In this document: positions 18,660 to 28,140 of the stretch, piece after piece
How positions within the stretch are numbered: position 1 is the first letter of the stretch
Layout: each line of letters begins with the position of its first letter
Origin: Bacillota bacterium
GTDB taxonomy: Bacteria; Bacillota; UBA994; UBA5500
Direction: 5' to 3'
NCBI GenBank assembly: GCA_023436245.1
Contig: JAEZJZ010000020.1
Span: 29,433 to 93,432 of the forward strand
DNA length: 64,000 bases
Program-made: the position numbers and the translations under genes
The notes under the pieces: model-generated
Database searches by the model: none
What the model saw: the letters and a program-made list of their open reading frames with translations, nothing else
What the model was told of the DNA's origin: nothing

Positions 18660-19388
18660 CTACAGAAACACCTCGTTCAATCGAATTGCCAGGTCTTCAA
18701 ATACCGCCGACCGAATTGCATCGTCTTTGCCAATGACCAGCGTGCGGTCTATATCCCGCTCCGGAGAGAAGACATGTTGCATGATGCTCTTCCCCTGCGG
18801 ATCAACAATCCAGTATTCCGAGACCCCGCTCTTCATGTACAGCTGTAACTTGGTAGCCATGTCCTTGCCTTTGCTAGTCGGAGACAGCACTTCCACGATC
18901 AAAGTGGGGAGTCCCTCATACTTACCGTCCGCATTCACCTTATCCTCGTCGCAGATGACCACGATGTCGGGCTGCACCACATTAGGATCCTCTTCAAACC
19001 TCGTGGCATAACCAAAGAGGCGCACGTCCAGCGGCGCCGTCAACGATCGGCAGGGCTTCCCTCTGAAGTAGGCATAAAAGTGTGCAGCTATCTCACTTAC
19101 CACAACTTGATGGGTGAAACTCGGTGAGGTCAACAGGTAAACTACACCGTCAATCAGCTCGTAGCGCTGTTCGGACGACTCGACCAACAGCATGTACTCT
19201 TCGTAGTTGATCCGCCTGTTCTCTCGATAACAGCGCCCTTCTTCGCGAATGAGGCAGTAGGCCGGATCGCTGTACCTAACCAGCTTCGCTACACTCTTGC
19301 CATTCTTGAGAACAATTACATCTTCCTTCTGCACCAATGACAAGTACTTACCGAACGCATTCTGTAGATCCGTGGCGCTGACGCGCAT
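18660..19388 (-). CDS. Fusion protein: Phd/YefM-like N-terminal domain + Uma2 (DUF820) restriction-endonuclease-fold nuclease
   Basis: N-terminus MRVSATDLQNAFGKYLSLVQKEDVIVLKNGKSVAKLV is antitoxin-like. Remainder ...YELIDGVVYLLTSPSFTHQ...PDIVVICDED...PTLIVEVLSPTSKGKDMATKLQLYMKSGVSEYWIVDP carries Uma2 catalytic-core motifs. RBS GAGGGGGTGG. Confidence 0.6.
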   Translation of the reverse strand: MRVSATDLQNAFGKYLSLVQKEDVIVLKNGKSVAKLVRYSDPAYCLIREEGRCYRENRRINYEEYMLLVESSEQRYELIDGVVYLLTSPSFTHQVVVSEIAAHFYAYFRGKPCRSLTAPLDVRLFGYATRFEEDPNVVQPDIVVICDEDKVNADGKYEGLPTLIVEVLSPTSKGKDMATKLQLYMKSGVSEYWIVDPQGKSIMQHVFSPERDIDRTLVIGKDDAIRSAVFEDLAIRLNEVFL

Positions 19389-19726
19389 ACCGCCACCCCC
19401 TCGGTAGATTTGCTATAATTATATGGTATATTAGCTAATAGAACAACGCCTATCTTAGCTAAACCTGGCGATCACCTCGCCAGGAGTTCTCCGCACAACG
19501 CGCTCCTCCGGTCACACTAACTGACTATTGCTCTGAAGCCGGTGACTGGTCTCGCGGGGGACAAGATGTCTCCTACGGCTGGGAATATCTATGATACAAT
19601 AGCAGCAAGAACTGCGGAGAGCTAATGACCATGTGGATCTGTAACGCCAAGTCAGCGGAATGACTGAAGCCCCGAACCCGGGTCTTCGGTCAGCGCTTTC
19701 TTGGCACTAAGGTGAGGTGTGAAACG

Positions 19727-21373
19727 TTGCGAAAGAGGCACTGTTGGCTAGCCCTATCGTTGGCTCTGCTGTTGACAGCAACCCTGTCCGGTTGCAGCAA
19801 GTCAGAAGCCGGGCTTACCCCCACGGCAATGCGACAAGACTTCGAGTTCATAGCCCAGAAGATCGAGGATGTACATCCGATTGGGGCAACAGGCCTGACG
19901 AGCGGGCTGCATCAGGCAATCTATGACGGTCGGACACGCTTGGCGATAGAGCAGCCGACATTCGCTGACTACTTCTGGGCGGTATCCAACCTGTTGAGCG
20001 CCCTGGACGACCGGCAAAGCCATCTGATCTGGCCAATCGCGGACAAGGCCCTGGATTTGCCGCTCTATTGGTGCGCAGATGGCCTATATGTCATCAGTGC
20101 GGCCGACAAGCTGGAACCCGGGGACCGGGTACTGTCCATGGGCGGCCAGAGTACTGCGAACTATGAGCCACTGAGCATGGTAGCCCCCTACCTGTCTGCA
20201 GCAGATGGGCATGAGATCGGGAGAGTGTTGACCAGCCAACATGTGCTGCAAGGCTTGAGCTTGGTCGGAGTGGACGGCCTGGTCAATGTGGAGATCCAAC
20301 GGGGAGATCAGAAGCAGAGTCTCCGACTGACCTTTGCCAAAGAGTATCAGCCACCGCAGGCTGATTTGACGCAAGAGGACTCTAGCTGGAGTCTGGAGCC
20401 AGAGAACTCGCTCGGGATTTTCTGCCTGAATGAGCTGGGCGCCGGGGCTTCACTTCAGCAACAACTGCGTGAATTCTTCGCGGCAGTCCAGGTTCAGAAC
20501 CTGCAAAGCGTGGTGCTGGATTTGCGCCATACGCGAGGCAGCGACTGGCAGACAGCGCAGGAGTTGCTGCGCTATCTGGATGTGGAAAGCTACGAAGACT
20601 ACGGCGAAAGCGTGCGATCTCCCGGACAGACGGAGATGCAGACCAGGCAGCCCCAACGGATTAGCAACGACGCGTACCGTGATATTGCGTTTCATGGTCA
20701 GACCTATGTGCTAGTAGCTGGCTCTACCTCTGAAAGCGCCTGCCGTCTGGCGGCTCTGTTGTGCCAGAATCGGCTGGCGCAGTTGGTCGGACAGAGCGTC
20801 GGGAGAGCCGCTGTCCGCTACGGCAAGGCAGAGCAGTTCACCCTACCGGCGTCGAAGCTACGGTTCACCATCTCCAGCACCGAGTTCCTGCCCCCGGGAG
20901 GAGGCAGCGCTGGCACAGTGTTCAGTTCTGGGGGGCCGGCATTTGTCTCTTTGGCCAATATCCTGGCCGGGGCGGATGTTGAACTGCGGATGGCGAGGGT
21001 GATGGCTGAATGGGGCGAACGATTATATCAAGCGCCAGAAGCTACCCCACTTGTTTCACTGGAGGGCAAGACGTTGGAGCAGGCGGCACGCGAGTGGCTG
21101 GAAGCCTGTTTCTTGCCCTTGAAGTCGGAAACAGTATCACCCAGGCTACGGTTGGCGGACTTCTCCATTCAGTGGGCAAAACAGGAAGACCCCATGCATG
21201 GTCATGATAACGTCGTCTGGGTTCAGTATTCGCTGAAGCCGGCCTATCCCGAGTTTTACTTAGCAGCTGGCAACGGAATCTGGGACGGTGCCTGGCTCAA
21301 GAATGAGGAACGCTTCCTGGTTTTCAAGTCGGACGGCGAGCTCTATCGCGTGGATGCAGTTACTGGGTTGTGA
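19727..21373 (+). CDS. S41-family peptidase (C-terminal processing/tail-specific protease-like) lipoprotein
   Basis: Lipobox LLTATLSGC. LDLRHTRGS resembles the S41 LDLRxNxGG motif. TTG 19727 follows GGTGAGGTG (a GTG at 19712 is an alternative). Confidence 0.55.
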   Translation: MRKRHCWLALSLALLLTATLSGCSKSEAGLTPTAMRQDFEFIAQKIEDVHPIGATGLTSGLHQAIYDGRTRLAIEQPTFADYFWAVSNLLSALDDRQSHLIWPIADKALDLPLYWCADGLYVISAADKLEPGDRVLSMGGQSTANYEPLSMVAPYLSAADGHEIGRVLTSQHVLQGLSLVGVDGLVNVEIQRGDQKQSLRLTFAKEYQPPQADLTQEDSSWSLEPENSLGIFCLNELGAGASLQQQLREFFAAVQVQNLQSVVLDLRHTRGSDWQTAQELLRYLDVESYEDYGESVRSPGQTEMQTRQPQRISNDAYRDIAFHGQTYVLVAGSTSESACRLAALLCQNRLAQLVGQSVGRAAVRYGKAEQFTLPASKLRFTISSTEFLPPGGGSAGTVFSSGGPAFVSLANILAGADVELRMARVMAEWGERLYQAPEATPLVSLEGKTLEQAAREWLEACFLPLKSETVSPRLRLADFSIQWAKQEDPMHGHDNVVWVQYSLKPAYPEFYLAAGNGIWDGAWLKNEERFLVFKSDGELYRVDAVTGL

Positions 21374-21436
21374 CTCTGGGCTTCGCATGGCAGCACCAAT
21401 TGCGCAGGGGCTGTCGCAAAAAGCCTGCCGGTATGC

Positions 21437-21605
21437 GGGCGCCATTCATGGCGCCCCTACGGGCGACGCATACCCCGGTCACTCCGTAGGGGTCGCATGC
21501 ATGCGACCCGCTGGTGCATCGCAGCCTATGGATAGCATGTGTTCACCCAAACGCAAGGGAGACGACAACCGTCGTCTCCCTTGCGCTATTCATGGGGCGC
21601 TATTG
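21437..21605. repeat. Repeat family D, long form (about 170 bp) with terminal hairpin GCAAGGGAGACGACAACCGTCGTCTCCCTTGC
   Basis: Module order shared with 57208-57385: CGCCATtCATGGCGCCCCTACGGG...GCATACCCC...CCGTAGGGGTCGCATGCATGCGACCC...GCAAGGGAGACGACAACCGTCGTCTCCCTTGCGCT. Confidence 0.7.
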
Positions 21606-21641
21606 CGACATCCCCTCGTCATGGAGATGCCACTTTCCCTG

Positions 21642-22901
21642 CTAAATCAGCCCTGAGCGTCTCAGCAGACGCTGCACGATTGCCGCTGTCTCCGCCTTGG
21701 TGACGCAATCCTTGGGGGCAATCGTCTGACCCGGTCTGCCGCCGATGATACCAGTCTTCAAGCAGGCTGCCACCACATTTCTGGCCCAAGCCCCCACCTT
21801 CTGACCATCCGCATAGGTAGCGAGAATGGTCTCGGTCTCTCCTGTTGCTAGATCATGCGGCAACCCAGTCAGCTTCATGACGGCGACCACGATGGACATC
21901 GCCTCTTCCCTGGTCAACAGCCGCTCCGGTCCAAACAGGTTCCCAGGGAACCCTCCCATGATGCCGCGCTCGTATGCCGTGAGCATGTAGCCAAAGTACT
22001 CTTCATCCGCCAGTACATCGAGGAACGGGCTTGCCCCGCTCGCGGGGGCCAGTCCAAGCGCCTTGACGATCGTGGCCGCAAACTCGGCGCGGGTGATCGG
22101 GCGATTGGCACCGAAGCTATCGGCACTGTCTCCGGTCATCACCAGACGCGAACCCATGTCGCTGACTGCGCTCTTGGCCCAGTGCCGAGCCACGTCCGCA
22201 AACTCCACCTGGTTCCAGATCAGGCTGTAGGTGCTGTTGGTCAGGCTGTTCACTTCCGCATAGTATTTGCCATCGATTATCGTCACCCTAGTTGGAACGT
22301 GCAGGAGCGTCCCGTCTGACTGCAATACTGCTGCCGTCGTCACTTTGCTGGGATCCACGCCCTGAGGAATCGCGATGCTCCGTTCCACATAAGCGTTGAA
22401 CCGACTGACCGAGACAGTCTGATCCCCATAGGTGCAGATGATGGAGAAATCCACCGGCGGCACTATCAACAGGTAATTGCCCTGCTTAGCGGCGTCCTCC
22501 ACCAACGCAACTCTCTCCGCAGGCGATTGCGCAATTTGCACCTGCACGCTGATATCCTGCAGACTGACGTTCTCACCCAGTTGAGTTCCAATTTCATCGA
22601 TGTTGATCTGCACAGCTGGCAAAGTGTAGGTTGCCCGGTCTGTGACCACCTGCAGTGTCGCTGCTCTGGATTCCATGTTCTTGACCGTTGCACCGGTCAA
22701 CTGACCCACAACAACATCAGATCCGCCGGTGACAGGCAGGGTAACCATCGCGTTATCTCCCACAGCCTGCAGCTTGGCTCCCACCTTGGCATCATCCACT
22801 GTCACCGTGGTGACGGATAAGCCACCCACTTGCATCGTCAGAGATCTGTCTGAAACAGCAGCTCGGCACAACATGCGCATCCAGAGCTGTGCCGAAACCA
22901 T
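21642..22901 (-). CDS. SLH-domain cell-surface protein (three C-terminal SLH repeats); N-terminus apparently truncated, no signal peptide
   Basis: C-terminus carries FGANRPITRAEFAATIVKAL..., LTREEAMSIVVAVMKL..., CVTKAETAAIVQRLL (SLH). No candidate start (22901, or ATG 22835) is followed by a signal peptide. The upstream minus-strand sequence instead encodes, on the other strand, a DUF1848 C-terminal remnant. Confidence 0.5.
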   Translation of the reverse strand: MVSAQLWMRMLCRAAVSDRSLTMQVGGLSVTTVTVDDAKVGAKLQAVGDNAMVTLPVTGGSDVVVGQLTGATVKNMESRAATLQVVTDRATYTLPAVQINIDEIGTQLGENVSLQDISVQVQIAQSPAERVALVEDAAKQGNYLLIVPPVDFSIICTYGDQTVSVSRFNAYVERSIAIPQGVDPSKVTTAAVLQSDGTLLHVPTRVTIIDGKYYAEVNSLTNSTYSLIWNQVEFADVARHWAKSAVSDMGSRLVMTGDSADSFGANRPITRAEFAATIVKALGLAPASGASPFLDVLADEEYFGYMLTAYERGIMGGFPGNLFGPERLLTREEAMSIVVAVMKLTGLPHDLATGETETILATYADGQKVGAWARNVVAACLKTGIIGGRPGQTIAPKDCVTKAETAAIVQRLLRRSGLI

Positions 22902-23178
22902 CGACCTGACGCCCTACGGGGTAGCCCCGGGGAAGTGCATCGATGGCCACTACTTGAAGCGAACCTTCGGCATTGATGTGAGTGACCGGAAAGACCGCAA
23001 CCAACGGGCCGAGTGCGGCTGCGTGGCGAGCAAGGATATTGGCATGTACGATACCTGCCTGCACGGCTGCAGTTACTGCTACGCCGGCACGCTGGCAGCC
23101 GGAGAGCGCAACCAGTTGCGGCACCGTGCGGACTCGCCCTCCCTGCTGGGCCGCTACGAGGCCGAGAGGCCTCGGTAG
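22876..23178 (+). pseudogene. 3'-fragment of a DUF1848-like gene (C-terminal CxC...CxHxCxYCYA motif only)
   Basis: ...RTFGIDVSDRKDRNQRAECGCVASKDIGMYDTCLHGCSYCYAGTLAAGERNQL matches the C-terminus of the DUF1848 family. The N-terminal ~200 aa are absent. Abuts the 5' end of the SLH gene on the opposite strand. Confidence 0.45.
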
Positions 23179-23405
23179 CAGACGGCTAGCTATCCAAGTG
23201 GCAAGTCACGCCGTGTTCCAGCGTTGCCTATTACAGCGGGGGCACTGAAGAGAACAGTTGACCTGAAACCAATGCCCCGCGGCCACCGTATTAGGCCCTA
23301 TAAGCAGAGCGAGAGAGATTGCCGTTGCCAAGGGCTCAAACTCGCCGGGCAGACGGCCTTTCCTGAGACTGCCACATACTGGAGAGAGACTTGGAGGAGT
23401 CAACT

Positions 23406-23906
23406 ATGAACAAGCGAGTTCTGTTAATTGTCTGTGTGGTGTTGTTTGTGATAGTTGGGGGCATTGTTGCTCTAGCGACCTTGGGTGACCGCGACAACGA
23501 GCCGAGTGAGGGCAGCTCCTCCTCTTCTGTCAACCCAGCCATCTACGTTGGCTCATTCTTGCCGATCATCATTGCGATTTCGCAGATGCAGCGGCCAGAG
23601 TATCCGGCAGAGCAGGTCTTCTACCAACTGCGCCATGCGAAACCGGACAAAAGAGAGAAGCTAGTTGCCCTTTATCTTAGCCAACGCTTCCGAAGCGGCA
23701 ATAAGTTGAGCAGCGTGCTGCGACTTGAGGGTGTGGCGCCTCTCCGACAGGCGAAGAGCGACCCGAACGACCCGACCCGCGTCTCTGTTCGGTTGAAGGA
23801 TGAGACCGAGTACACCTGCCGTGTGGCAGTTCGCGACAAGCAGGTGGACGGTAGTGGGTACGGCAAGTGGGTGATCGACGATATCAGCGGACCCGGGCTT
23901 GGCTAA
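23406..23906 (+). CDS. Hypothetical membrane-anchored protein
   Basis: MNKRVLLIVCVVLFVIVGGIVALATL TM anchor. RBS GGAGGAG. Confidence 0.5.
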   Translation: MNKRVLLIVCVVLFVIVGGIVALATLGDRDNEPSEGSSSSSVNPAIYVGSFLPIIIAISQMQRPEYPAEQVFYQLRHAKPDKREKLVALYLSQRFRSGNKLSSVLRLEGVAPLRQAKSDPNDPTRVSVRLKDETEYTCRVAVRDKQVDGSGYGKWVIDDISGPGLG

Positions 23907-24022
23907 GCCGGCGGCTGGAGTGGTGCCACGGTCACAGAAGTAGACGATAGTTTCAAGCAGAAATGCATCACCCAGTCAACCGAGCGTCTATCGGCGGAAT
24001 CTCAGCTTGGGGAGGTGAAGCA

Positions 24023-24418
24023 TTGAGAACCACACGGGTTCTCCTGGTGATCATGTTGGCTGGCCTGCTGCTGGCAGGCTGCGCTCAAGAGGGGCGCGTT
24101 TCGGTCCGCCTGTCAGCAGGCGCGGAGGTCACCATATCCGCCAGCTACCCTCGCCATTTCGAAACGAGGGTGCAGGGCTTGGTGCTAGAACAAGGCGAAA
24201 CCGTCAGCGTCAGCTACCAACTGCAGGTCGATTCCGGAACACTGGAACTATTCATTGATGACCCGGACGAGAACGAGATCTGGCAGCAGTGCTTCACAGA
24301 GGATACACAGGATGTCTTCACGTTCACCGCTCAGGTGGACGGGTGCTATCTGGTGAGGATAGACCAGGAAGAAGCCAGTGGAAGCTATGAGTTGGTCTGC
24401 AAGAACGCTGGGTCTTGA
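24023..24418 (+). CDS. Hypothetical lipoprotein
   Basis: LRTTRVLLVIMLAGLLLAGC lipobox. TTG start follows GGGGAGGTG. Confidence 0.45.
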   Translation: MRTTRVLLVIMLAGLLLAGCAQEGRVSVRLSAGAEVTISASYPRHFETRVQGLVLEQGETVSVSYQLQVDSGTLELFIDDPDENEIWQQCFTEDTQDVFTFTAQVDGCYLVRIDQEEASGSYELVCKNAGS

Positions 24419-24561
24419 CCCATCAAACCATTCTCCTCGCAGGGCCCTGTGGCTGCTCCCAGCCACGGGGCCCTGTTCTTCTCTAGCCATGTCCAGCGCG
24501 AGGTCATTGACCGGGTATAGGGTGATAGTTCCGGAACATCTATTACCGGAGGTGCTGAGTG

Positions 24562-25320
24562 GTGAGAGAATGCACTGTGATGATTTCCGACCTGCACCTA
24601 GGCGACGTCCGCTGGACTAGCGAGAGGTACGACCTGCTCATCGATTTTCTGAACAAGTTCGTGGTGAGGAAGGCAGAGCGGCTGGTGATTGCCGGTGATC
24701 TGCTGGAATGGCTGCAGTATGAGGTGAAAGTTCTCGGGCGTGCAAAGGACGTCATCTTTCTGCTGTAGAGCCTACCAGTGAAGGGCATTGAGGTGATTTA
24801 CGTGGCCGGCAATCATGACCTGGACATGTGCCTGATGGCCGTGAAGGAAATGCCTGCCCCGGTGATCTATCCGCGCCTGCACCTCGACATCTATGGCGCA
24901 TCAGTGCATGTTGAGCACGGGCATTTCTATGACCCTACCATTCAGGCAGTTCCCGGGGCGGCAACCTTCTTTGCCAAATGGGGTGGACTGGCGTTGGATG
25001 CAATTGGCCCTCAGCTGGAAGACGCCTTGGGATCATTCAAGGACGCTCTCTTGGGTACGAAACCACGGACCACCGGCCAATCGGGACGGGCGGTGGAGCA
25101 GCACGACCGGTACACCAGAGCAGCAACCAAACTGGCTGTCGATGGCGACCATGACATCGTCGTCTTTGGGCATACCCACAGAGCGCTCAAGCAGGAGTTG
25201 GACTGGGCTCGCCGCTTTGGGAGAAGGCGACTGTATGTGAACACAGGCGATTGGCAGGTGCATTCCGACTACGTAGTTTTCGCCCAGGATGGCAAAATCT
25301 CTCTGGGGTCGTGGCAGTAG
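24562..25320 (+). pseudogene. Calcineurin-like metallophosphoesterase interrupted by an in-frame TAG (24766-24768)
   Basis: The two ORFs 24559..24768 and 24778..25320 share one frame. Part 1: MISDLHLGD...AGDLLEW (motifs I and II). Part 2: VIYVAGNHD...GHTH (motifs III to VI). They are separated only by the codon TAG. Confidence 0.55.
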
Positions 25321-25557
25321 ATTGTGGCGCACTTAGGGCGCTGCGCTGATGACCGAAACCACCTTTGAAATCGAGTTCCTGAGCTGCATAACGAAATGGT
25401 AGGTAACTCACCATGGAGTCTCACTTCCCACTGCCCAGGCTGCCAGAAGAGCTATTGGCGAAGAAGACACGCAGGCAGGCCCTGCGTGTCTTCTCCACTA
25501 GCTCCCCTTCACTACCTGAAAGGACTGAATGACTGAGTCGAACTCGACCTCCAGGGC

Positions 25558-27240
25558 TCAAAACTTCACCCGCAGTTGCTCGGATGAACCAAGTGGAACC
25601 TGCACGTCGGTCGCGTGAGCAACGCCAAAATAGTATTTCGAGTTCTCGCCAATCAACCTCAGTCCGTACATGTCCGCATTCTGTTGCAGGTTCTCGCTGG
25701 TGGTTGTTGTCTTGTCGTAGATTTCTACTCTGCCTACTACGCAATAGGGCCATCTAGGCTCCAGTGCCTGCACCGGTCGGTAAACGAAGAACAATGTACT
25801 ACCCTCTTGGCGCAGCTCCACCTCGCGCGCAAAGCTGCTCGGCATAGCCAACGAAAACCCCATCTGATCGTTCCGATAGGTAACATCTCCCCGCTGACCC
25901 GCCGTGACTACGGCCTGCCGCAGAGCATCGTTCCACTCAACGCAGTACCCAAGCAGTTCCGCAACCTGACGCAGGGGTGCCAGAGTGAATCCTTCCTGTA
26001 TTACCGCTGGCCGTTCCATCTGTATCTCCTGCCCGTTCAGCTCGAGCGTGGGGTTACCGGGAATCAGCCGCAGCAGCTGTTCGTGTCCACTGATCAGGAC
26101 TACCCTATCCTCCGCGAGCCACTCCACCTGGTGACCCAGTTGCTCAAACAACGGCTTCACAGGCACCAGGAGGCGCCCCTCTTTCAGCTGGGGAGACAGA
26201 GGCAGCAGTATCTCAGAGGTTTCGTTGCTGTGCGCCGTTAGCAGAGGTTCATTGGGGTAGTATGTGAGAACAACACTCGGCACAGTTGTTGCCGGAACGT
26301 GCTCGAAGCTGAACTCGCCTCCTTGGAAGGAGGACTCTCCAAAGGTAGCCGTGATCAGCAGAGTGTCATCGCTCAGGAGGAAGTCCTCATCCTCGCTCCA
26401 GTGCCAAATCATCATCTGTCCCTGTGCCGCGGTGGCGTGGATGCGGAAGTTGTGCGGGCCCTCTTCCAGATCAATGATGCCTTTATCAAAGTTGAAGGCA
26501 ACCCGACCCTGTGCGTCAGTCTTGCCGTGGAACAGGGCGATCGGTCCGTCTTCCATGCTCTTGTAGATATAAATGGTCGCCCCTTCAGCAGGGCCCCCTT
26601 GGGGAGTGAAAGCCTGAACGACGAAGGGCTTCGTTTCCCCGGTAACGTATCTCCCGTCAGGCCAGCAGCTTTCCAGCGTCAAGGCCTCGGACATTTCATT
26701 GAAGCTTCGTCCGAAAGCTAGGGAGAGCATGCCCTCCTCATGCTCGTAGGAGCCGATGCGCAGAGGGATACATGCCTTATCCCGGAATGACTGGACAAAG
26801 CCAATATTCACCGGAACCCGGCCCTGCAGCGTGTCTATCTCGCCTGTCAAACTCGCATGGACATAGTCTTCGCCCCCAACCTGCATGGCCCGCAGTTCCC
26901 CCGTTGCCGAGAAACCCAGCTCCAGTTCCTCCGCCGCCAGAGTGCCTGTACCCTTCACCTCTCGGCGGAACTCGGATAGCGCTGCGCCGACGACGAGCTC
27001 TAGCTTCAGATGGCAGTTGTCCTCGGTGAGAGCACCCCTCTCTTTTCCCAGGAAGCTCTCAGCCCCCAGGATCTCCTGAGGCGAACTGGCGTTGTAGTCA
27101 TTTCGTTTGTCAAAGGATAACTCGTAGCAATACACGTTACCAGGCGGTATCAGCGTATGCGGCTGAGCGGCCGCCAGGGTATTGACGGGAGTTACCAGCA
27201 ACAGAGTGAACACTGTGAGACAGAGCAAAAACCGTCGCAT
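25558..27240 (-). CDS. Secreted protein with copper-amine-oxidase-N-like domains
   Basis: Signal peptide MRRFLLCLTVFTLLLVTPVNTLAAA. Internal LLVPVKPLFEQLGHQVEW and FTLAPLRQVAELLGYCVEW (Cu_amine_oxidN1-like). RBS AGGAGG. Confidence 0.6.
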   Translation of the reverse strand: MRRFLLCLTVFTLLLVTPVNTLAAAQPHTLIPPGNVYCYELSFDKRNDYNASSPQEILGAESFLGKERGALTEDNCHLKLELVVGAALSEFRREVKGTGTLAAEELELGFSATGELRAMQVGGEDYVHASLTGEIDTLQGRVPVNIGFVQSFRDKACIPLRIGSYEHEEGMLSLAFGRSFNEMSEALTLESCWPDGRYVTGETKPFVVQAFTPQGGPAEGATIYIYKSMEDGPIALFHGKTDAQGRVAFNFDKGIIDLEEGPHNFRIHATAAQGQMMIWHWSEDEDFLLSDDTLLITATFGESSFQGGEFSFEHVPATTVPSVVLTYYPNEPLLTAHSNETSEILLPLSPQLKEGRLLVPVKPLFEQLGHQVEWLAEDRVVLISGHEQLLRLIPGNPTLELNGQEIQMERPAVIQEGFTLAPLRQVAELLGYCVEWNDALRQAVVTAGQRGDVTYRNDQMGFSLAMPSSFAREVELRQEGSTLFFVYRPVQALEPRWPYCVVGRVEIYDKTTTTSENLQQNADMYGLRLIGENSKYYFGVAHATDVQVPLGSSEQLRVKF

Positions 27241-27298
27241 TTTCGGAACCTCCTATCCCTTTTCTTCGTCGGAGAACCTCCGGGGCTGCCGTATCCCT

Positions 27299-28045
27299 TC
27301 AACGCAAAAACTCCCGGCTGCCGGTTTCCAGTAGGGTCGTCAGATGTGTGTAGTAGTACAAGACACCCTGATGGATGGGCTTATGTCGGTATTGGGAGTT
27401 GCCGGCTGTTCCTGCCACCCGGCCTGCTGCAGTGATCGCCCGAACAGCATCCCCGATGACCTGCTCAACTGTCGGATGGTCCTTCTGACCAGGGAAACCC
27501 AGGGCCTGCGAGAGATCGCTCGGGCCGATGAAAAGAACGTCAACGCCTGGAACTTGGGCAATACCTGCTATGTTCTCAATGGCCTCAGTGTCCTCCAGTT
27601 GCACACAGACCAGAGTGTCTTCATTGGCCTCTTGAACATACTGCTGCATGTCCAGGCCAAACCCATAGCCGGCTGACCTAGTTCCTACAGCCAAGCCCCG
27701 GCTCCCCAACGGGTGGTACTTCACCGCCTGGATGACTCGGCAGGCCTCTTCGGCAGTACTAACATGAGGGACCTGCACCCCCAGCGCGCCACTGTCCATG
27801 GCCTCCAAGATGGCCAGGGGGTCGCCGGAATGCGGGCGGACAATGGGGGTGACTCCGCTGGCATTGGCCGCCATGATCATCAGCTCCATCGTCTCGCGGT
27901 TGATCGTTCCGTGTTCTCGATCAATCAGCACCCAATCGAAGCCCAACCAGCCGATCATCTCAACGATCTGCGGTGAAGGAATCATTACCGAAACACCGAG
28001 CGCCTGCTGACCGGCCAGCAGTTTCTGCTTGAGTCTATTTCTCAT
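27299..28045 (-). CDS. HpcH/HpaI-family aldolase (2-keto-3-deoxy-sugar-acid aldolase-like)
   Basis: GFDWVLIDREHG...VTPIVRPHSGDPLAILEAMDSGALGVQVPHVSTAEEA...LVCVQLEDTEAIENIAGIAQVPGVDVLFIGPSDL. Confidence 0.7.
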   Translation of the reverse strand: MRNRLKQKLLAGQQALGVSVMIPSPQIVEMIGWLGFDWVLIDREHGTINRETMELMIMAANASGVTPIVRPHSGDPLAILEAMDSGALGVQVPHVSTAEEACRVIQAVKYHPLGSRGLAVGTRSAGYGFGLDMQQYVQEANEDTLVCVQLEDTEAIENIAGIAQVPGVDVLFIGPSDLSQALGFPGQKDHPTVEQVIGDAVRAITAAGRVAGTAGNSQYRHKPIHQGVLYYYTHLTTLLETGSREFLR

Positions 28046-28140
28046 CACGCCTACCCCCCGATTGTCTTTTTGCTCCACAACCTGATGGTTAATTACGGAG
28101 TGAACCACGATGCTCCTTCCCAAATAGCCTAGTTCATATC

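Noticed and set aside
19395-19450. AT-rich block TTGCTATAATTATATGGTATATTAGCTAATAG as a defined promoter
   Set aside because: It contains several TATAAT-like hexamers in the divergent region between the Uma2-fusion gene and the S41 peptidase gene. No unambiguous -35/-10 pair could be fixed by eye.
24766-24768. In-frame TAG as pyrrolysine or a genetic-code change
   Set aside because: TAG serves as an ordinary stop for other genes here (for example 16478) and no pyl genes are seen. Nonsense mutation or sequencing error is more parsimonious.
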